Origin: an uncultured Acidobacteriota bacterium
GTDB taxonomy: Bacteria > Acidobacteriota > JAQAZP01
Direction: 5' to 3'
NCBI GenBank assembly: GCA_963836075.1
Contig: CAWIIB010000009.1
Coordinates: 1,440,001-1,504,000 of the forward strand
DNA length: 64,000 bases
Notes under the pieces: model-generated
Seen by the model: the letters and a program-made list of their open reading frames with translations, nothing else
Told to the model about the DNA's origin: nothing
The model's database searches: none
Part shown: positions 37,383-47,612 of the stretch, in pieces
How the letters are laid out: each line of letters begins with the position of its first letter
How positions within the stretch are numbered: position 1 is the stretch's first letter
Position numbers and translations under genes: made by a program

Positions 37383-39914
37383 ATGATCTCCCGATTCCTC
37401 CAACTCTGGGCCAAGGTGGTCTATCGGTACTACCTGGTGGTCCTGTCCCTGGCCCTGATACTCACCCTGGCCTGTTTTTCCTTCCTCAGCCGCATCGAGT
37501 TCCGCACCGACGTGATGGCCCTGCTGCCCCACGATCTGCCGGCAGTGCGGTATCTTCTGGAAGCGCGGGACGATTTTGGCGCCGACCTGGTGCTGATGGT
37601 GGTCACCAGGACCGACGGCGGCCAGGTGATCGACTCCACCGACGTGGTGGAGGACCTGGCCGAGCTGATCGGGGAGAGCGAACTGGTGGCCGGGGTTGAC
37701 TACAACCTCCTGGCCGACCTGCCCTACGACGCTATCCTGCGCCACCTGCCGGTGCTGATGGAACCGGGCTCTCTTCCCCGGCTGGCCGAGCGGCTCACAG
37801 ACCATGCCATTGCCGACCAGGTGGCCAAGGACCGGCTGGCCCTGATCTCCATTCCGGCGCCGATGGTCCAGGAACTGATCCGGCGTGACCCGCTGGACCT
37901 GTTCGGCCTGATCCGGGGCAGGTTCACCAGCTGGGGCGGCAGCGAGAAGCTGGCCACCACCGACGGCTACTTCATCAATGGCGACGGCGACTGCCTGCTG
38001 GCCCTGATCCGGCCCACCCAGAGCAGCGACGACGTGGACTACGACGAGGCGCTGATGGCGATGCTCAACAGCAGCCGTGATGAACTGCTGGCCGAGTATG
38101 TGGAGCAGGACGAGCTGGAGCCGGGACTGCTGCAGGTGGCGTTCACCGGCCCGCATATCATCGCCGCCATCGAGGCGAACCTGATTCGCCGGGAGATGCT
38201 CCAGGCGGTGCTGCTCTCCCTGCTGGGTGTGCTGGTCCTCTTTGCCGTGGCCTTCAAGCGGGTGGGTTCCTTCCTCTACATCGGGTTGCCGCTGGTGGCT
38301 GCCGGCTCCTGGACCATGGGCTTCTGCTACCTCTACACCGGTTCCATCACCCTGCTGGGCGGGGCGGTGCTGGCGATCATGATCGGGCTGGGCGTCGACT
38401 TTGCGATCCACATCTTCAGCCGTTTTCTCGACTACCGGGGCGACGGCAAGAGCCCGCTGGAGTCGCTTTCCATCGCCATGGGCGAAACCGGGCGCAGCGT
38501 TTTCACCGGGGCGGTGACCACGGCAATGGCCTTCTACGCCATGTCGCTCTACGACTTCAAGGGCATTCGCGAGTTCGGGGTGATCACCGGCACCGGCGTG
38601 CTGCTCTGCATGATCTCCATGTTCACCGTGCTGCCGGCGATGCTCACCTTCCGGGCCAAGATCGTCAAGCGCTACCACCACAAGAAGCTGTTCACCTTCG
38701 GCACCGAGCAGCTGGCCCGCACGGTGCAGCAGCACTACCGCCTGGTGCTGGTCCTCTTTGCCCTGCTGACCCTCTTTCTCGGCTGGCAGGCGCTGCACCT
38801 GGACGTGGAGGAAGGCTTTGCCGCCACGCGGGCGGAGATCAACCCGGCCTACCGGCTGATGGGCGAGGTACAGCAGTCTTTCGGCATCAACTTCCAGCCG
38901 ATCATCCTCACCCTGGAGGGGCAGGACCTGGCCCGGGTGGAGGAGATGGCTGCCGCGGCCGACCGGCAACTGGGTCCGCTGGTCCAGCGGGGGTTGCTGC
39001 GCTCCTTCGACTCGATCTTCAACTATCTGCCCACCCGCTCCCAGCAGGAAGTCAATGTGGCGGGGACGCTGGAGATGTGCTCGTACCTCGATCCGGAGAG
39101 GGTGGAACGGGTGTTCCTGGAGGAACTGGAGGCCGGCGATTTCGATACCGGGATGTTCAGCCACTATGCGGCCACGGTCCGCTCGGCCCTGGAGGACCCG
39201 CGGGTGCTGACGGTGAACCACGTCCTGCGCACCGAGTCGCTCTACCGCTACTTCTTCCGTTACATGGCCTTCAAGGGCGACGGCTCGATCCGGCTGGCCT
39301 ACTACCTCTACCCGGCCCGCCGGCCGGCCGGCGAGGAACTGCTGGGCGAGCTGGAGCAGATGACCGCCGCTCTATCCGGCCTGGGCGGCGGGGCCCACGT
39401 CTCGGGGATTCCCATCCTGACCGACGAGTTGAAACGGCTGACCCGCCACGGCTACAAGGTTGTGTCACTGCTGGCCCTGGGCCTGGTAGTCCTGGTGCTC
39501 AGCATCCATTTCCGCAAGCCGGGCCGGGTGGCCCTGGTGCTGGCGCCGCTGGTGCTGGCCGTGATCTGGCTCACCGGGATCATGGCCCTCTTCGACGTGC
39601 GGTTGAACATCATGAACGTGGCGGTGACACCGATGATCCTCGGCATCGGCATCGACTACGCCGTCTACACCATGCACCTCTATTTCCAGAGCAAGGGCAC
39701 CAGCCTGCCCCTGGTGTTGCGCACCAGCGGCAAGGCGCTGGTGCTGAGCACCATCACCACCACCGTCGGGTTCGGCTCGCTGGTCATCGCCCGCCACCCC
39801 GGCCTCTCCACCATGGGCCTGCTGGCCACCATCGGCGTCTCGCTCTGCCTGCTGGCCACCATCTGCTTCCTGCCGGCGGCGATCACCCTCCGCGAGCGGA
39901 TTCTTGATCGATGA
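37383..39914 (+). CDS. MMPL/RND-family inner-membrane exporter
   Basis: Two-fold repeated architecture (1 TM, periplasmic loop, 5 TM); GLGVDFAIH and GIGIDYAVY motifs; TTTVGFGSL. Confidence 0.9.
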   Translation: MISRFLQLWAKVVYRYYLVVLSLALILTLACFSFLSRIEFRTDVMALLPHDLPAVRYLLEARDDFGADLVLMVVTRTDGGQVIDSTDVVEDLAELIGESELVAGVDYNLLADLPYDAILRHLPVLMEPGSLPRLAERLTDHAIADQVAKDRLALISIPAPMVQELIRRDPLDLFGLIRGRFTSWGGSEKLATTDGYFINGDGDCLLALIRPTQSSDDVDYDEALMAMLNSSRDELLAEYVEQDELEPGLLQVAFTGPHIIAAIEANLIRREMLQAVLLSLLGVLVLFAVAFKRVGSFLYIGLPLVAAGSWTMGFCYLYTGSITLLGGAVLAIMIGLGVDFAIHIFSRFLDYRGDGKSPLESLSIAMGETGRSVFTGAVTTAMAFYAMSLYDFKGIREFGVITGTGVLLCMISMFTVLPAMLTFRAKIVKRYHHKKLFTFGTEQLARTVQQHYRLVLVLFALLTLFLGWQALHLDVEEGFAATRAEINPAYRLMGEVQQSFGINFQPIILTLEGQDLARVEEMAAAADRQLGPLVQRGLLRSFDSIFNYLPTRSQQEVNVAGTLEMCSYLDPERVERVFLEELEAGDFDTGMFSHYAATVRSALEDPRVLTVNHVLRTESLYRYFFRYMAFKGDGSIRLAYYLYPARRPAGEELLGELEQMTAALSGLGGGAHVSGIPILTDELKRLTRHGYKVVSLLALGLVVLVLSIHFRKPGRVALVLAPLVLAVIWLTGIMALFDVRLNIMNVAVTPMILGIGIDYAVYTMHLYFQSKGTSLPLVLRTSGKALVLSTITTTVGFGSLVIARHPGLSTMGLLATIGVSLCLLATICFLPAAITLRERILDR

Positions 39915-40059
39915 CCGTTCATTTGCTACTCTCCAACCAGTTTTTTTGTGAATCGGCATAAACCTCGAATGGTTGCCGGCGTATCATATTGAGAGAAGAG
40001 CACCTATTCAGTCCGGAACAGGCCATACATCGCACCACACCCAGGGAGCTGGAATACCA

Positions 40060-41382
40060 GTGATCATCAAAAATAGCTACCGAAGCGGACGATCCGCGGC
40101 CGCCGTGCCGCTGGTCCTCCTCCTCGCCCTCCTGCCCTTCTGTGCCGGGTGCGGTCCCGGCGGTGTGAGCGAGGTCCCCACCCACTCCGTGGCCCGGGGC
40201 GAATTCCGGATCAGCGTTGTGGAGAGCGGGGAACTGAAGGCCCAGAACTCCATCGTCCTCTCCGCGCCGCGGACCCGCTTCGGCACGGTGCAGATCGTCG
40301 ACCTGGTGGAGGAGGGGAGCCAGGTGGCCGAAGGTGATTTCGTGATCCAGTTCGACACCACCGAACCGCAGAAACGGATCGATGACAAGCAGGCCGAGCT
40401 GGAGATCTCCCTTGCCGACCAGCGCAAGATGAAAACAGACCAGGATTCCCGGATGAAGGACCTGGGCCACGCGCTGGTCAACCAGGAGGCCTCGCTGGAG
40501 CTCCAGGAGCTGCGCCAGGAGCGGATGCGCTTCGAGGCCGAATCCTCCCGCCGGGAAGTGGAGCTGGAGGTGACCCGGGCCCGGCTGGCCGTGGAGCAGG
40601 CGCGGGAAAAGATCGAGACCCAGGGGATCATCGACACCGAGGAGCGGCGCAAACTGGAGTTGAAGCTGCAGCAGGTGCGCAACGAACTGAACGCGGCGCT
40701 GAAGGACATGGGCAAGCTGACCCTGACGGCGCCGGCCCCGGGGCTGGTGGTCTACCGTGAGAACTGGTCCACCGACACCAAGGTCCAGGTGGGGGACAAC
40801 CCCTGGCCCGGTATGCCGCTGGTCGAGCTGCCCGACCTCTCGCGGATCGTCGCCGCGACCCAGATCAACGAGGTGGACGTGAGCAAGGTGGCCGAGGATC
40901 TGGACGTGATCGTCACCCTCGATGCCTTCCCCGAGAAATCGTTCACCGGCAAGATCTCCGACATCGCTACCCTGGCCACCGAGAAGGAGCGGCGCTCCTC
41001 AGTGAAGGTCTTCACTGTTGAGGCGGTGCTCGACCAGTCGGACCCGATCATGAAGCCGGGGATGACGGTCAAGGTGGAGGTGGTGGTGGAACGGATTCCC
41101 GACGTGATCTACGTGCCGCTGGAGTCGGTGTTCGAACGGGGTGACGGGATGATCTGCTACGTGCGCGCCAACGGGTCGTTCGAAGAGCGCCAGGTGACCC
41201 TGGGCAAGCGCAACGACAACTTCGTCGTGGTGGAGCAGGGTCTGGAGGAGAGCGAGCGGGTGGCGCTGCGTGACCCCAACCTGGCCCTGGAAGCCATCGG
41301 GCTGCCTGACGACTCTGACACCGAGGAGGACGCACCCGCGCCCGCCGCGGCGCCCGAGGGCCGAGTGATGATCGTGGGCTGA
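40060..41382 (+). CDS. Periplasmic adaptor / membrane fusion protein (MacA-like)
   Basis: Signal ending CAGC; VEEGSQVAEGD lipoyl half; long coiled coil; APAPGLV; MKPGMTVKV; VEQGLEESERV. Confidence 0.9.
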   Translation: MIIKNSYRSGRSAAAVPLVLLLALLPFCAGCGPGGVSEVPTHSVARGEFRISVVESGELKAQNSIVLSAPRTRFGTVQIVDLVEEGSQVAEGDFVIQFDTTEPQKRIDDKQAELEISLADQRKMKTDQDSRMKDLGHALVNQEASLELQELRQERMRFEAESSRREVELEVTRARLAVEQAREKIETQGIIDTEERRKLELKLQQVRNELNAALKDMGKLTLTAPAPGLVVYRENWSTDTKVQVGDNPWPGMPLVELPDLSRIVAATQINEVDVSKVAEDLDVIVTLDAFPEKSFTGKISDIATLATEKERRSSVKVFTVEAVLDQSDPIMKPGMTVKVEVVVERIPDVIYVPLESVFERGDGMICYVRANGSFEERQVTLGKRNDNFVVVEQGLEESERVALRDPNLALEAIGLPDDSDTEEDAPAPAAAPEGRVMIVG

Positions 41383-41409
41383 CCTGGTTGCTCACCCGGG
41401 ACGTGAACC

Positions 41410-42696
41410 ATGAAACTGACCGAAAACCTCTCCGTGGGCCTCGGCGGCCTCATCGACCACAAACTGCGCACCCTGCTGACCATGCTGGGCATCATCTTCG
41501 GTGTGGCCGCGGTGGTGTCCATGCTCTCCATCGGTGAAGGCGCCCGGCAGGAGGCGCTGAAGAAATACGAGATGCTCGGGGTGAACAACATCATCGTCCG
41601 GGAGAAGCCGATGAACCAGGACGAGCTGGAAAAGGTCCGGGCCGCCTTCTCCCGGGGGCTCTCGGTCCGTGACGCCGAGAGCCTCACCGAGATCGTGCCT
41701 TACGTGGTTGTGGCCGCGCCCCAGCGCGAGGTGGAACTGGACGTCAAGTACCGCGATGTCAGCACCAGCCGGATGGTGGTGGGCACGGTGATTTCCTACC
41801 AGCAGCTGATCAACTACTACGTGGAGAAGGGCTCCTTCTTCAACCACACCCAGTACGAGCAGTGCGAAAAGGTGTGCGTGCTCGGGGCGGGGGTCAAGCG
41901 CAAGCTCTTCCCGCTGGAGGACGCGCTGGACAAGATGGTCAAGCTGGGGGACCAGTGGTTCAGGGTCATCGGGGTGATGGAGCGCAAGGGGCAGTATCTG
42001 GAGGCCAGCGGGGTGGCGGCGATCCGCGACCTGGACGAGGACATTTACATCCCGCTGAGCACCTCCACCGAGCGGCTGGAGATGGCGGCCACTTCCATGG
42101 GGCGGGGGGCCCGTCGCGGGTCCGGCTACGAACGCACCAGGCTGAGCAGCGAGATCGACCAGATCACCATCCGGGTGAAGCAGAGTGAAGACCTGCCCGA
42201 GGCGGCCAACCTGATCAAGCGGATCCTGCTGCGCCGCCACCACAACAACAAGGACTTCGAGGTTATCGTCCCCGAAGCCCTGCTGGCCCAGGAGCGGAAG
42301 GAGAAGCGGATTTTCGACATCGTCATGGCCTGCATCGCCGGTATCTCGCTGCTGGTGGGCGGTATCGGCATCATGAACATCATGCTGGCCACGGTGCTGG
42401 AGCGGACCAGGGAGATCGGGGTGCGCCGGGCCATCGGCGCCACCCGGTCCGACATATTGGGCCAGTTCGTGGTGGAGGCATCGCTGATCAGTTTCATCGG
42501 CGGTGCCATCGGCATTTTCGTCGGTTTTGCCATGGCCTTCACCATCGACCAGGTGGCCAATTTCCGGGCGGTGGTGACCCTGTCCTCGATCATCGTCGCC
42601 TTTGGCGTGTCCACCCTGGTGGGCCTGGTATTCGGTATCTACCCGGCGCGGAAGGCGGCGCAGCTGGACCCCATCGAGGCTCTGCGATACGAGTGA
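41410..42696 (+). CDS. MacB/FtsX-type ABC permease (no nucleotide-binding domain)
   Basis: KLRTLLTMLGIIFGVAAV, ISLLVGGIGIMNIMLATVLERTREIGVRRAIGA, FGIYPARKAAQLDPIEALRYE. Confidence 0.95.
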   Translation: MKLTENLSVGLGGLIDHKLRTLLTMLGIIFGVAAVVSMLSIGEGARQEALKKYEMLGVNNIIVREKPMNQDELEKVRAAFSRGLSVRDAESLTEIVPYVVVAAPQREVELDVKYRDVSTSRMVVGTVISYQQLINYYVEKGSFFNHTQYEQCEKVCVLGAGVKRKLFPLEDALDKMVKLGDQWFRVIGVMERKGQYLEASGVAAIRDLDEDIYIPLSTSTERLEMAATSMGRGARRGSGYERTRLSSEIDQITIRVKQSEDLPEAANLIKRILLRRHHNNKDFEVIVPEALLAQERKEKRIFDIVMACIAGISLLVGGIGIMNIMLATVLERTREIGVRRAIGATRSDILGQFVVEASLISFIGGAIGIFVGFAMAFTIDQVANFRAVVTLSSIIVAFGVSTLVGLVFGIYPARKAAQLDPIEALRYE

Positions 42697-42720
42697 GGCG
42701 ACTGCACACTGGAGGCGTTG

Positions 42721-44214
42721 ATGAAGAGAATGGACCTGCGCGAGATCGTTCCGTTGCGGCCGACTCTGCTGTCAGTGATGCTGGCGGTGATGCTGGTGTC
42801 CGCCGGCGCGCCGGCCGCTGCCGGTGAGGAGGCGGCGGAGACCATCCAGGCGGGGCGGCTGCTGACGCTGGAGGAGAGTGTGGGCATCGCCCTGGAGCGC
42901 AACTTCGGCATCCGCCAGCAGCGGCGCAGCCATCTCTCCGCGGTGCAGGACCTGAAGCACGCCCGGGCCGAACGTTTCTACCCCCGGGCCTGGTCCGAGT
43001 TCCTGCTCCCCTCGTACCGCAAGGATACTATCAGCCAGTTTGACCTGGACACCGGGATCGAGGTGTTCGTCCCCAGCGATACCACCACGTACGACGGGTC
43101 GGTCTACGTGGCCCTGCCGATATTCACCGGCGGCTACTTCCAGGCCAGCTACGACGCGTTTCGCCTTGACCAGACCTCCGGCGACAACGAGGTCCACACC
43201 TGGTCCAGCACCAGCCGCCTCTCCTTCATCCAGCCCTTTCTTGGCGACAACGAGAACAAGCTGGCCGAGACCCGGGCCGAGACCGGTCTGCAGATCGCCG
43301 AGGAAGCCCTGCGGCGGCAGGTGGCCGGGCTGACCTACAATGTGGCCGCCGCGTACTACGGGCTGGTGCGGGCGATCAAGCGGGAGGAGATCGGCCGCGA
43401 CCGGATGGAGCAGGCCCGGGCGAGCTACGAGATCGCTTCCAACAAGTACGCCGCCGGGCTGATCCCCGAGGTGGAGGCGATGCAGCTGGAAGTGGAGGTG
43501 GCCCGGGCCGAGGCCGACCAGGAGAGTTTCAAGGCCACCCGGCAGGGAAACGAGGACCAGTTCCGGGACCTGCTCGGCCTGGGTCTGGACGATGACGTGG
43601 GCGTGGTCACCGAGATCCCGCAGGTGGCGGAGGAGATCGACCTCCAGGCCGCGGTGCAGCAGGCACTGGCCACCCGCAGCGATATCCGGGAACAGGAGCT
43701 CCAGATCCAGATATCCCATCTGGACCTGCGCAGCGTGCGCCGGGAGAACAACCTCAGGGGCAACCTCTCCATGTATTACGGATACGACGGCAAGGAGGAG
43801 AGCTACTCCGACACGCTGGACACATGGCGGCCCAACGAGGGGTTGACCTTCAACCTCACCCTGCCGATCTTCGATTCGGGGCGCAACAAGGCCCGGGTCA
43901 CCCAGCAGCGGCTCTCCCTGGAAAGCCTCGAACTGGGGCTGACCGACCTGCGGCGGCGGGTGGAACTGGAAGTGCGCGAGGCGGTGCGGGCGGTGGAAGA
44001 GGCGAAAACCAGGTTGGATATTCTCGCCTCCACCATGCGGGTGGCCGAGCGGACCTACGACATCAACCTCCAGCGCTTCGAGGTGGGAATCCTGACCAGC
44101 CAGAATCTCTTCCAGGAAGAGGTCCGCCTCAACGAGACCCGGCTGGAGCACCTCAACGCCGTCATCGACCTCAACCTGGCCTGGGCCCGCTACGAGCGGG
44201 TGGTGAACCAGTAG
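42721..44214 (+). CDS. TolC-family outer-membrane channel
   Basis: Signal peptide; LTLEESVGIALERN; AAYYGL; LTLPIFDSG; RFEVGILT repeat pattern of outer-membrane efflux proteins. Confidence 0.9.
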   Translation: MKRMDLREIVPLRPTLLSVMLAVMLVSAGAPAAAGEEAAETIQAGRLLTLEESVGIALERNFGIRQQRRSHLSAVQDLKHARAERFYPRAWSEFLLPSYRKDTISQFDLDTGIEVFVPSDTTTYDGSVYVALPIFTGGYFQASYDAFRLDQTSGDNEVHTWSSTSRLSFIQPFLGDNENKLAETRAETGLQIAEEALRRQVAGLTYNVAAAYYGLVRAIKREEIGRDRMEQARASYEIASNKYAAGLIPEVEAMQLEVEVARAEADQESFKATRQGNEDQFRDLLGLGLDDDVGVVTEIPQVAEEIDLQAAVQQALATRSDIREQELQIQISHLDLRSVRRENNLRGNLSMYYGYDGKEESYSDTLDTWRPNEGLTFNLTLPIFDSGRNKARVTQQRLSLESLELGLTDLRRRVELEVREAVRAVEEAKTRLDILASTMRVAERTYDINLQRFEVGILTSQNLFQEEVRLNETRLEHLNAVIDLNLAWARYERVVNQ

Positions 44215-44243
44215 GTTTCTGCCATCTGCGGGTCACCAAGCGT

Positions 44244-44270
44244 TAACTTTCCGGCCGGTTGTGCCGTAGA
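44244..44270 (+). promoter_or_regulatory. Possible sigma28 (FliA)-type promoter
   Basis: TAAC, 15 nt, GCCGTAGA versus consensus TAAA-N15-GCCGATAA; lies upstream of the FlgM-like gene. Confidence 0.35.
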
Positions 44271-44344
44271 GCAGGAAAGAGAGCTGCCATGAACCGGCCG
44301 CTCCGCAAACGGGCGGGAAGCTGATCTCCCGGGAGGAGTGCGTG

Positions 44345-44536
44345 ATGAGCGAGGAGCAGAAGAAGATCGATCGCCGTGCGCCCGCCTCTCCCCTGGACCG
44401 ACCGCCGGACCCCACCGACGAGGAAGCCCGCGAAGCCTATCTGCGCCGCCTGCGCAACGAAATCGAAGAAGGCCTGTACAAGGTCCCCGCCGAGTGGATC
44501 GCCGAAAAGATCATCGAATCCGAGATGGACGAGTAA
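44345..44536 (+). CDS. FlgM-like anti-sigma28 factor (short)
   Basis: 63 aa; REAYLRRLRNEIEEGLYKVPAEWIAEKII matches the FlgM C-terminal pattern R...L...I..G.Y.V....IA.K; GGAGGAG RBS. Confidence 0.65.
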   Translation: MSEEQKKIDRRAPASPLDRPPDPTDEEAREAYLRRLRNEIEEGLYKVPAEWIAEKIIESEMDE

Positions 44537-44689
44537 CCGCCCAGTCTCCGAGACGCCTCGGGTATCCACTCCGAACGCTGATTCGTCCCGCTACGAGTGC
44601 CGTGCCGCATCCGTCCATCCGTGCCACTGTCGGTCCACGGGCCGAATCTTGATCCGTTCTTCGTGGATGCCCGAGGCGTCCAGTGATGG

Positions 44690-46774
44690 TCAGCTGGTGT
44701 TGGTCTTGCGGCCGGACTCGTCGAAGCGGTGGAATTCCATGGTGTAGGAACCGCGGCCCTGGGTCAGGGAACGGAAGGTGGTGGAGTAGTTGAAGAGGTC
44801 GGAGAGCGTGGCATAGGCTTCCACCAGCTTGAGCTGGCGGTCGCCCGCCAGGGCGTCATCGTCTCCCTGGGCCATCCCCTCGATCTTGCCCCCCCGGGAC
44901 ATCAGGTCGCGGATCACCTCGCCGGTGGCGTCCTCGGGCACCTCGAGACTGATCCGCATCACCGGCTCCAGCAGCAGTGGTGAGGCCTCGCGGAAGGCCG
45001 CGTCAAGGGCCTTTCCGGCGGCCACCTTGAAGGCCAGTGCGGAAGCGTCGTTCTCTTTCAATTCGCCTTCGGCCAGCGCGGCCTTGATGTCGGTCATGGG
45101 ATAGCCCATGATCTGCCCGCTCTGTGCGGAATCGCGGATCCCTTCCAGCGCTGCGGCAGCATAGGTCTCGGGGATATCTTCCACCGGCGCCCGGTTCACC
45201 ACCCGGAACCCGCCGGCACGCTCCAGCGGAGTCAGACTCACCCGCACCCGGGCATAGTGCTGTTTGCCGGCGATCTCCTTGTTGAACTCGCCCCAGCCGT
45301 CGGCGGCGGCGGCGATGGTCTCGCGGTAGACCACCTGCGGCTTGCCGGTCTTGACCTCGACGTTGAACAGCTGCTTCAGGCGGTCGACGATGATCTCCAG
45401 GTGCAGTTCGCCCATTCCCGAGATCACGTTCTGTCCTGTCTCCTCCTCAAGCTTGAAGATGAAGGTCGGGTCGTCGGCGGTGAGCTTTTTCAGCGCTTCC
45501 TGCAGCCGGTCCAGGTCGCCCACCGTTCGCGGCTCGATGGCCATGGAGATCACCGGTACCGGCCGGTCGATGTTCTCCAACTGGATCGGGTGGTCCGGGT
45601 GGCAGAGGGTGTCGCCGGTGCTGCACTGTTTGAGGCCGGCCACGGTGACGATGTCGCCGGCCCGCATCACGTCCTGGCGTTCGCGGCGGTCGGCGTGCAT
45701 ACGGAAGATGCGCGCCACCCGTTCCTTTGCCTCGTTGGTGGCGTTGAGCGCGATGGCGCCCTTTTCGATGCTGCCGGAATAGACCCGCAGGTAGGTCAGC
45801 CGGGTTTCCGGAGTGCTCACCACCTTGAAGGCCAGGGCACAGAACGGCTCGGAGAACTCGGGCGAGCGCTGCACCCGCCCACCGGTCAGCGGGTTGATCC
45901 CCTCCACCGGCGGCAGGTCGATGGGCGAGGGCAGGTAGTCCACCACCGCGTCCAGCAGCGGCTGGATGCAGCGGTTGCGCAGGGCCGAACCGCAGAGCAC
46001 CGGCATCAGTTTCCCGGCGATGGTGCCCGAGCGCAGGGCGGCGACGATTTCCTTCTCCTCCAGCTCTTCGCCGGTGAGGTACTTCTCCATCAGCGTGTCA
46101 TCCACGTCGCACGCCGCTTCCAGCAGAGCCTCCCGCGCGGCGCGGCAGCTTTCCTCCAGTTCCTGCGGGATCTCCGTTTCGCGGTAACTGGCGCCCAGCT
46201 CGTCGGTGTCGTAGATCAGCGCCCGGTTGCGCACCAGGTCCACCGCGCCGGTGAAGTTTCCTTCCTCGCCGATGGGCAGCTGCACCGGCACCGCGTTGGC
46301 CCCCAGGACACGGCGGATCGAGTGCACCGCCCGCTCGAAACTGGCCCCGATGCGGTCCAGCTTGTTGATGATGGCAATCCGCGGGACGCCGTAGCGGGTG
46401 GCCTGGCGCCAGACCGTCTCGGACTGCGGCTGGACTCCCGCCACGCCGCAGAAGACCACCACCGCGCCGTCGAGCACCCGCAGGGACCGCTCCACCTCGA
46501 TGGTGAAGTCCACGTGGCCCGGAGTGTCGATGATGTTCACCTGGTGGTCTTTCCAGGAGACGGTGGTGGCGGCGGAGGTGATGGTGATCCCCTTGGCCTG
46601 TTCCTGGGGCAGGTAGTCCATCACCGCGGCCCCGTCGTGGACCTCGCCCATCTTGTGGGTCACGCCGGCGTAGTAGAGCACCCTTTCGGTGACCGTGGTC
46701 TTGCCGGCGTCGATGTGCGCAATGATCCCCACGTTGCGCAGCCGGTTCAGGATTTTCCCGGGTTTGGATGCCAT
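44690..46774 (-). CDS. fusA: Elongation factor G paralog (stand-alone)
   Basis: [62 protein letters not shown]. Confidence 0.92.
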   Translation of the reverse strand: MASKPGKILNRLRNVGIIAHIDAGKTTVTERVLYYAGVTHKMGEVHDGAAVMDYLPQEQAKGITITSAATTVSWKDHQVNIIDTPGHVDFTIEVERSLRVLDGAVVVFCGVAGVQPQSETVWRQATRYGVPRIAIINKLDRIGASFERAVHSIRRVLGANAVPVQLPIGEEGNFTGAVDLVRNRALIYDTDELGASYRETEIPQELEESCRAAREALLEAACDVDDTLMEKYLTGEELEEKEIVAALRSGTIAGKLMPVLCGSALRNRCIQPLLDAVVDYLPSPIDLPPVEGINPLTGGRVQRSPEFSEPFCALAFKVVSTPETRLTYLRVYSGSIEKGAIALNATNEAKERVARIFRMHADRRERQDVMRAGDIVTVAGLKQCSTGDTLCHPDHPIQLENIDRPVPVISMAIEPRTVGDLDRLQEALKKLTADDPTFIFKLEEETGQNVISGMGELHLEIIVDRLKQLFNVEVKTGKPQVVYRETIAAAADGWGEFNKEIAGKQHYARVRVSLTPLERAGGFRVVNRAPVEDIPETYAAAALEGIRDSAQSGQIMGYPMTDIKAALAEGELKENDASALAFKVAAGKALDAAFREASPLLLEPVMRISLEVPEDATGEVIRDLMSRGGKIEGMAQGDDDALAGDRQLKLVEAYATLSDLFNYSTTFRSLTQGRGSYTMEFHRFDESGRKTNTS

Positions 46775-46958
46775 CTTTCGAACCACCCATGATGAGGCTG
46801 GGCCAGGCCGGTGCAACGGACCGTTTCGGGACAGGAATTGCCGAAAAGGAAGTCAACGGCGGCGCAGCAGCAGGAGGAATCATACCGGATCGGTGCGCGT
46901 CAAATCAACGAACCGGGCACGGGTTACCGCGGCATGCACATTTGTTTTATCATGGGGC

Positions 46959-47612
46959 ATGACTACCGGGCAGCGATCATTCTGGGACGGGCAGGCCGCG
47001 GAGAGGACTCGCTTCACCGCCCCGGGGCCCGGGGAGGCCTTCTTCGATCTAGTCCCTCCGGGTTGCCGTCTGCTGGATCTCGGCTGCGGCTACGGACGCA
47101 CCCTGCACCAGCTTGCCCGCCGCGGATACGGACGTCTCAACGGCATCGACTTCTCTCCCTCCATGCTTCGCCGGGCCCGGGAGGGCGGGGTGGCCGGCGG
47201 TCTGGCCGCGGCCTCGGCGTCGGCCCTGCCCTTTGCCGATGGAGTTTTCGACGCCGTGCTGGCCGTGGCCCTCTTTACCTGCATCCCGGATCTCGAGGCC
47301 CAGCGCCGGGTTGCCGCCGAAGCCCACCGGGTGCTCCGTCCAGGTGGTGTCTTGTGCGCCAGCCTCTTCCTGCTCAACCGCGACACACGAAACCGTGAGC
47401 GCTACCGCCGGCTGGCCCGACCGGGGAGCCGGGACTGGGGCCTCTTTCACCTGAAGCCGGACGGGCTGCTGCGCCATCACGCCCTGGGCCGCCTGCGGCG
47501 GCTCTTTCACCGCTTCCGCTGGCTTAAGGCCGAGATACGGAATTTCGACACCATGGGCGGTCACAGCTCCCGCGGGCTGATGCTGCTGGCCTGCAAGGAG
47601 GAGGGGCGATGA
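46959..47612 (+). CDS. Class I SAM-dependent methyltransferase
   Basis: LLDLGCGYGR, GIDFSPSML, LPFADGVFDAV, RVLRPGG; ATGA overlap with the next gene. Confidence 0.88.
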   Translation: MTTGQRSFWDGQAAERTRFTAPGPGEAFFDLVPPGCRLLDLGCGYGRTLHQLARRGYGRLNGIDFSPSMLRRAREGGVAGGLAAASASALPFADGVFDAVLAVALFTCIPDLEAQRRVAAEAHRVLRPGGVLCASLFLLNRDTRNRERYRRLARPGSRDWGLFHLKPDGLLRHHALGRLRRLFHRFRWLKAEIRNFDTMGGHSSRGLMLLACKEEGR

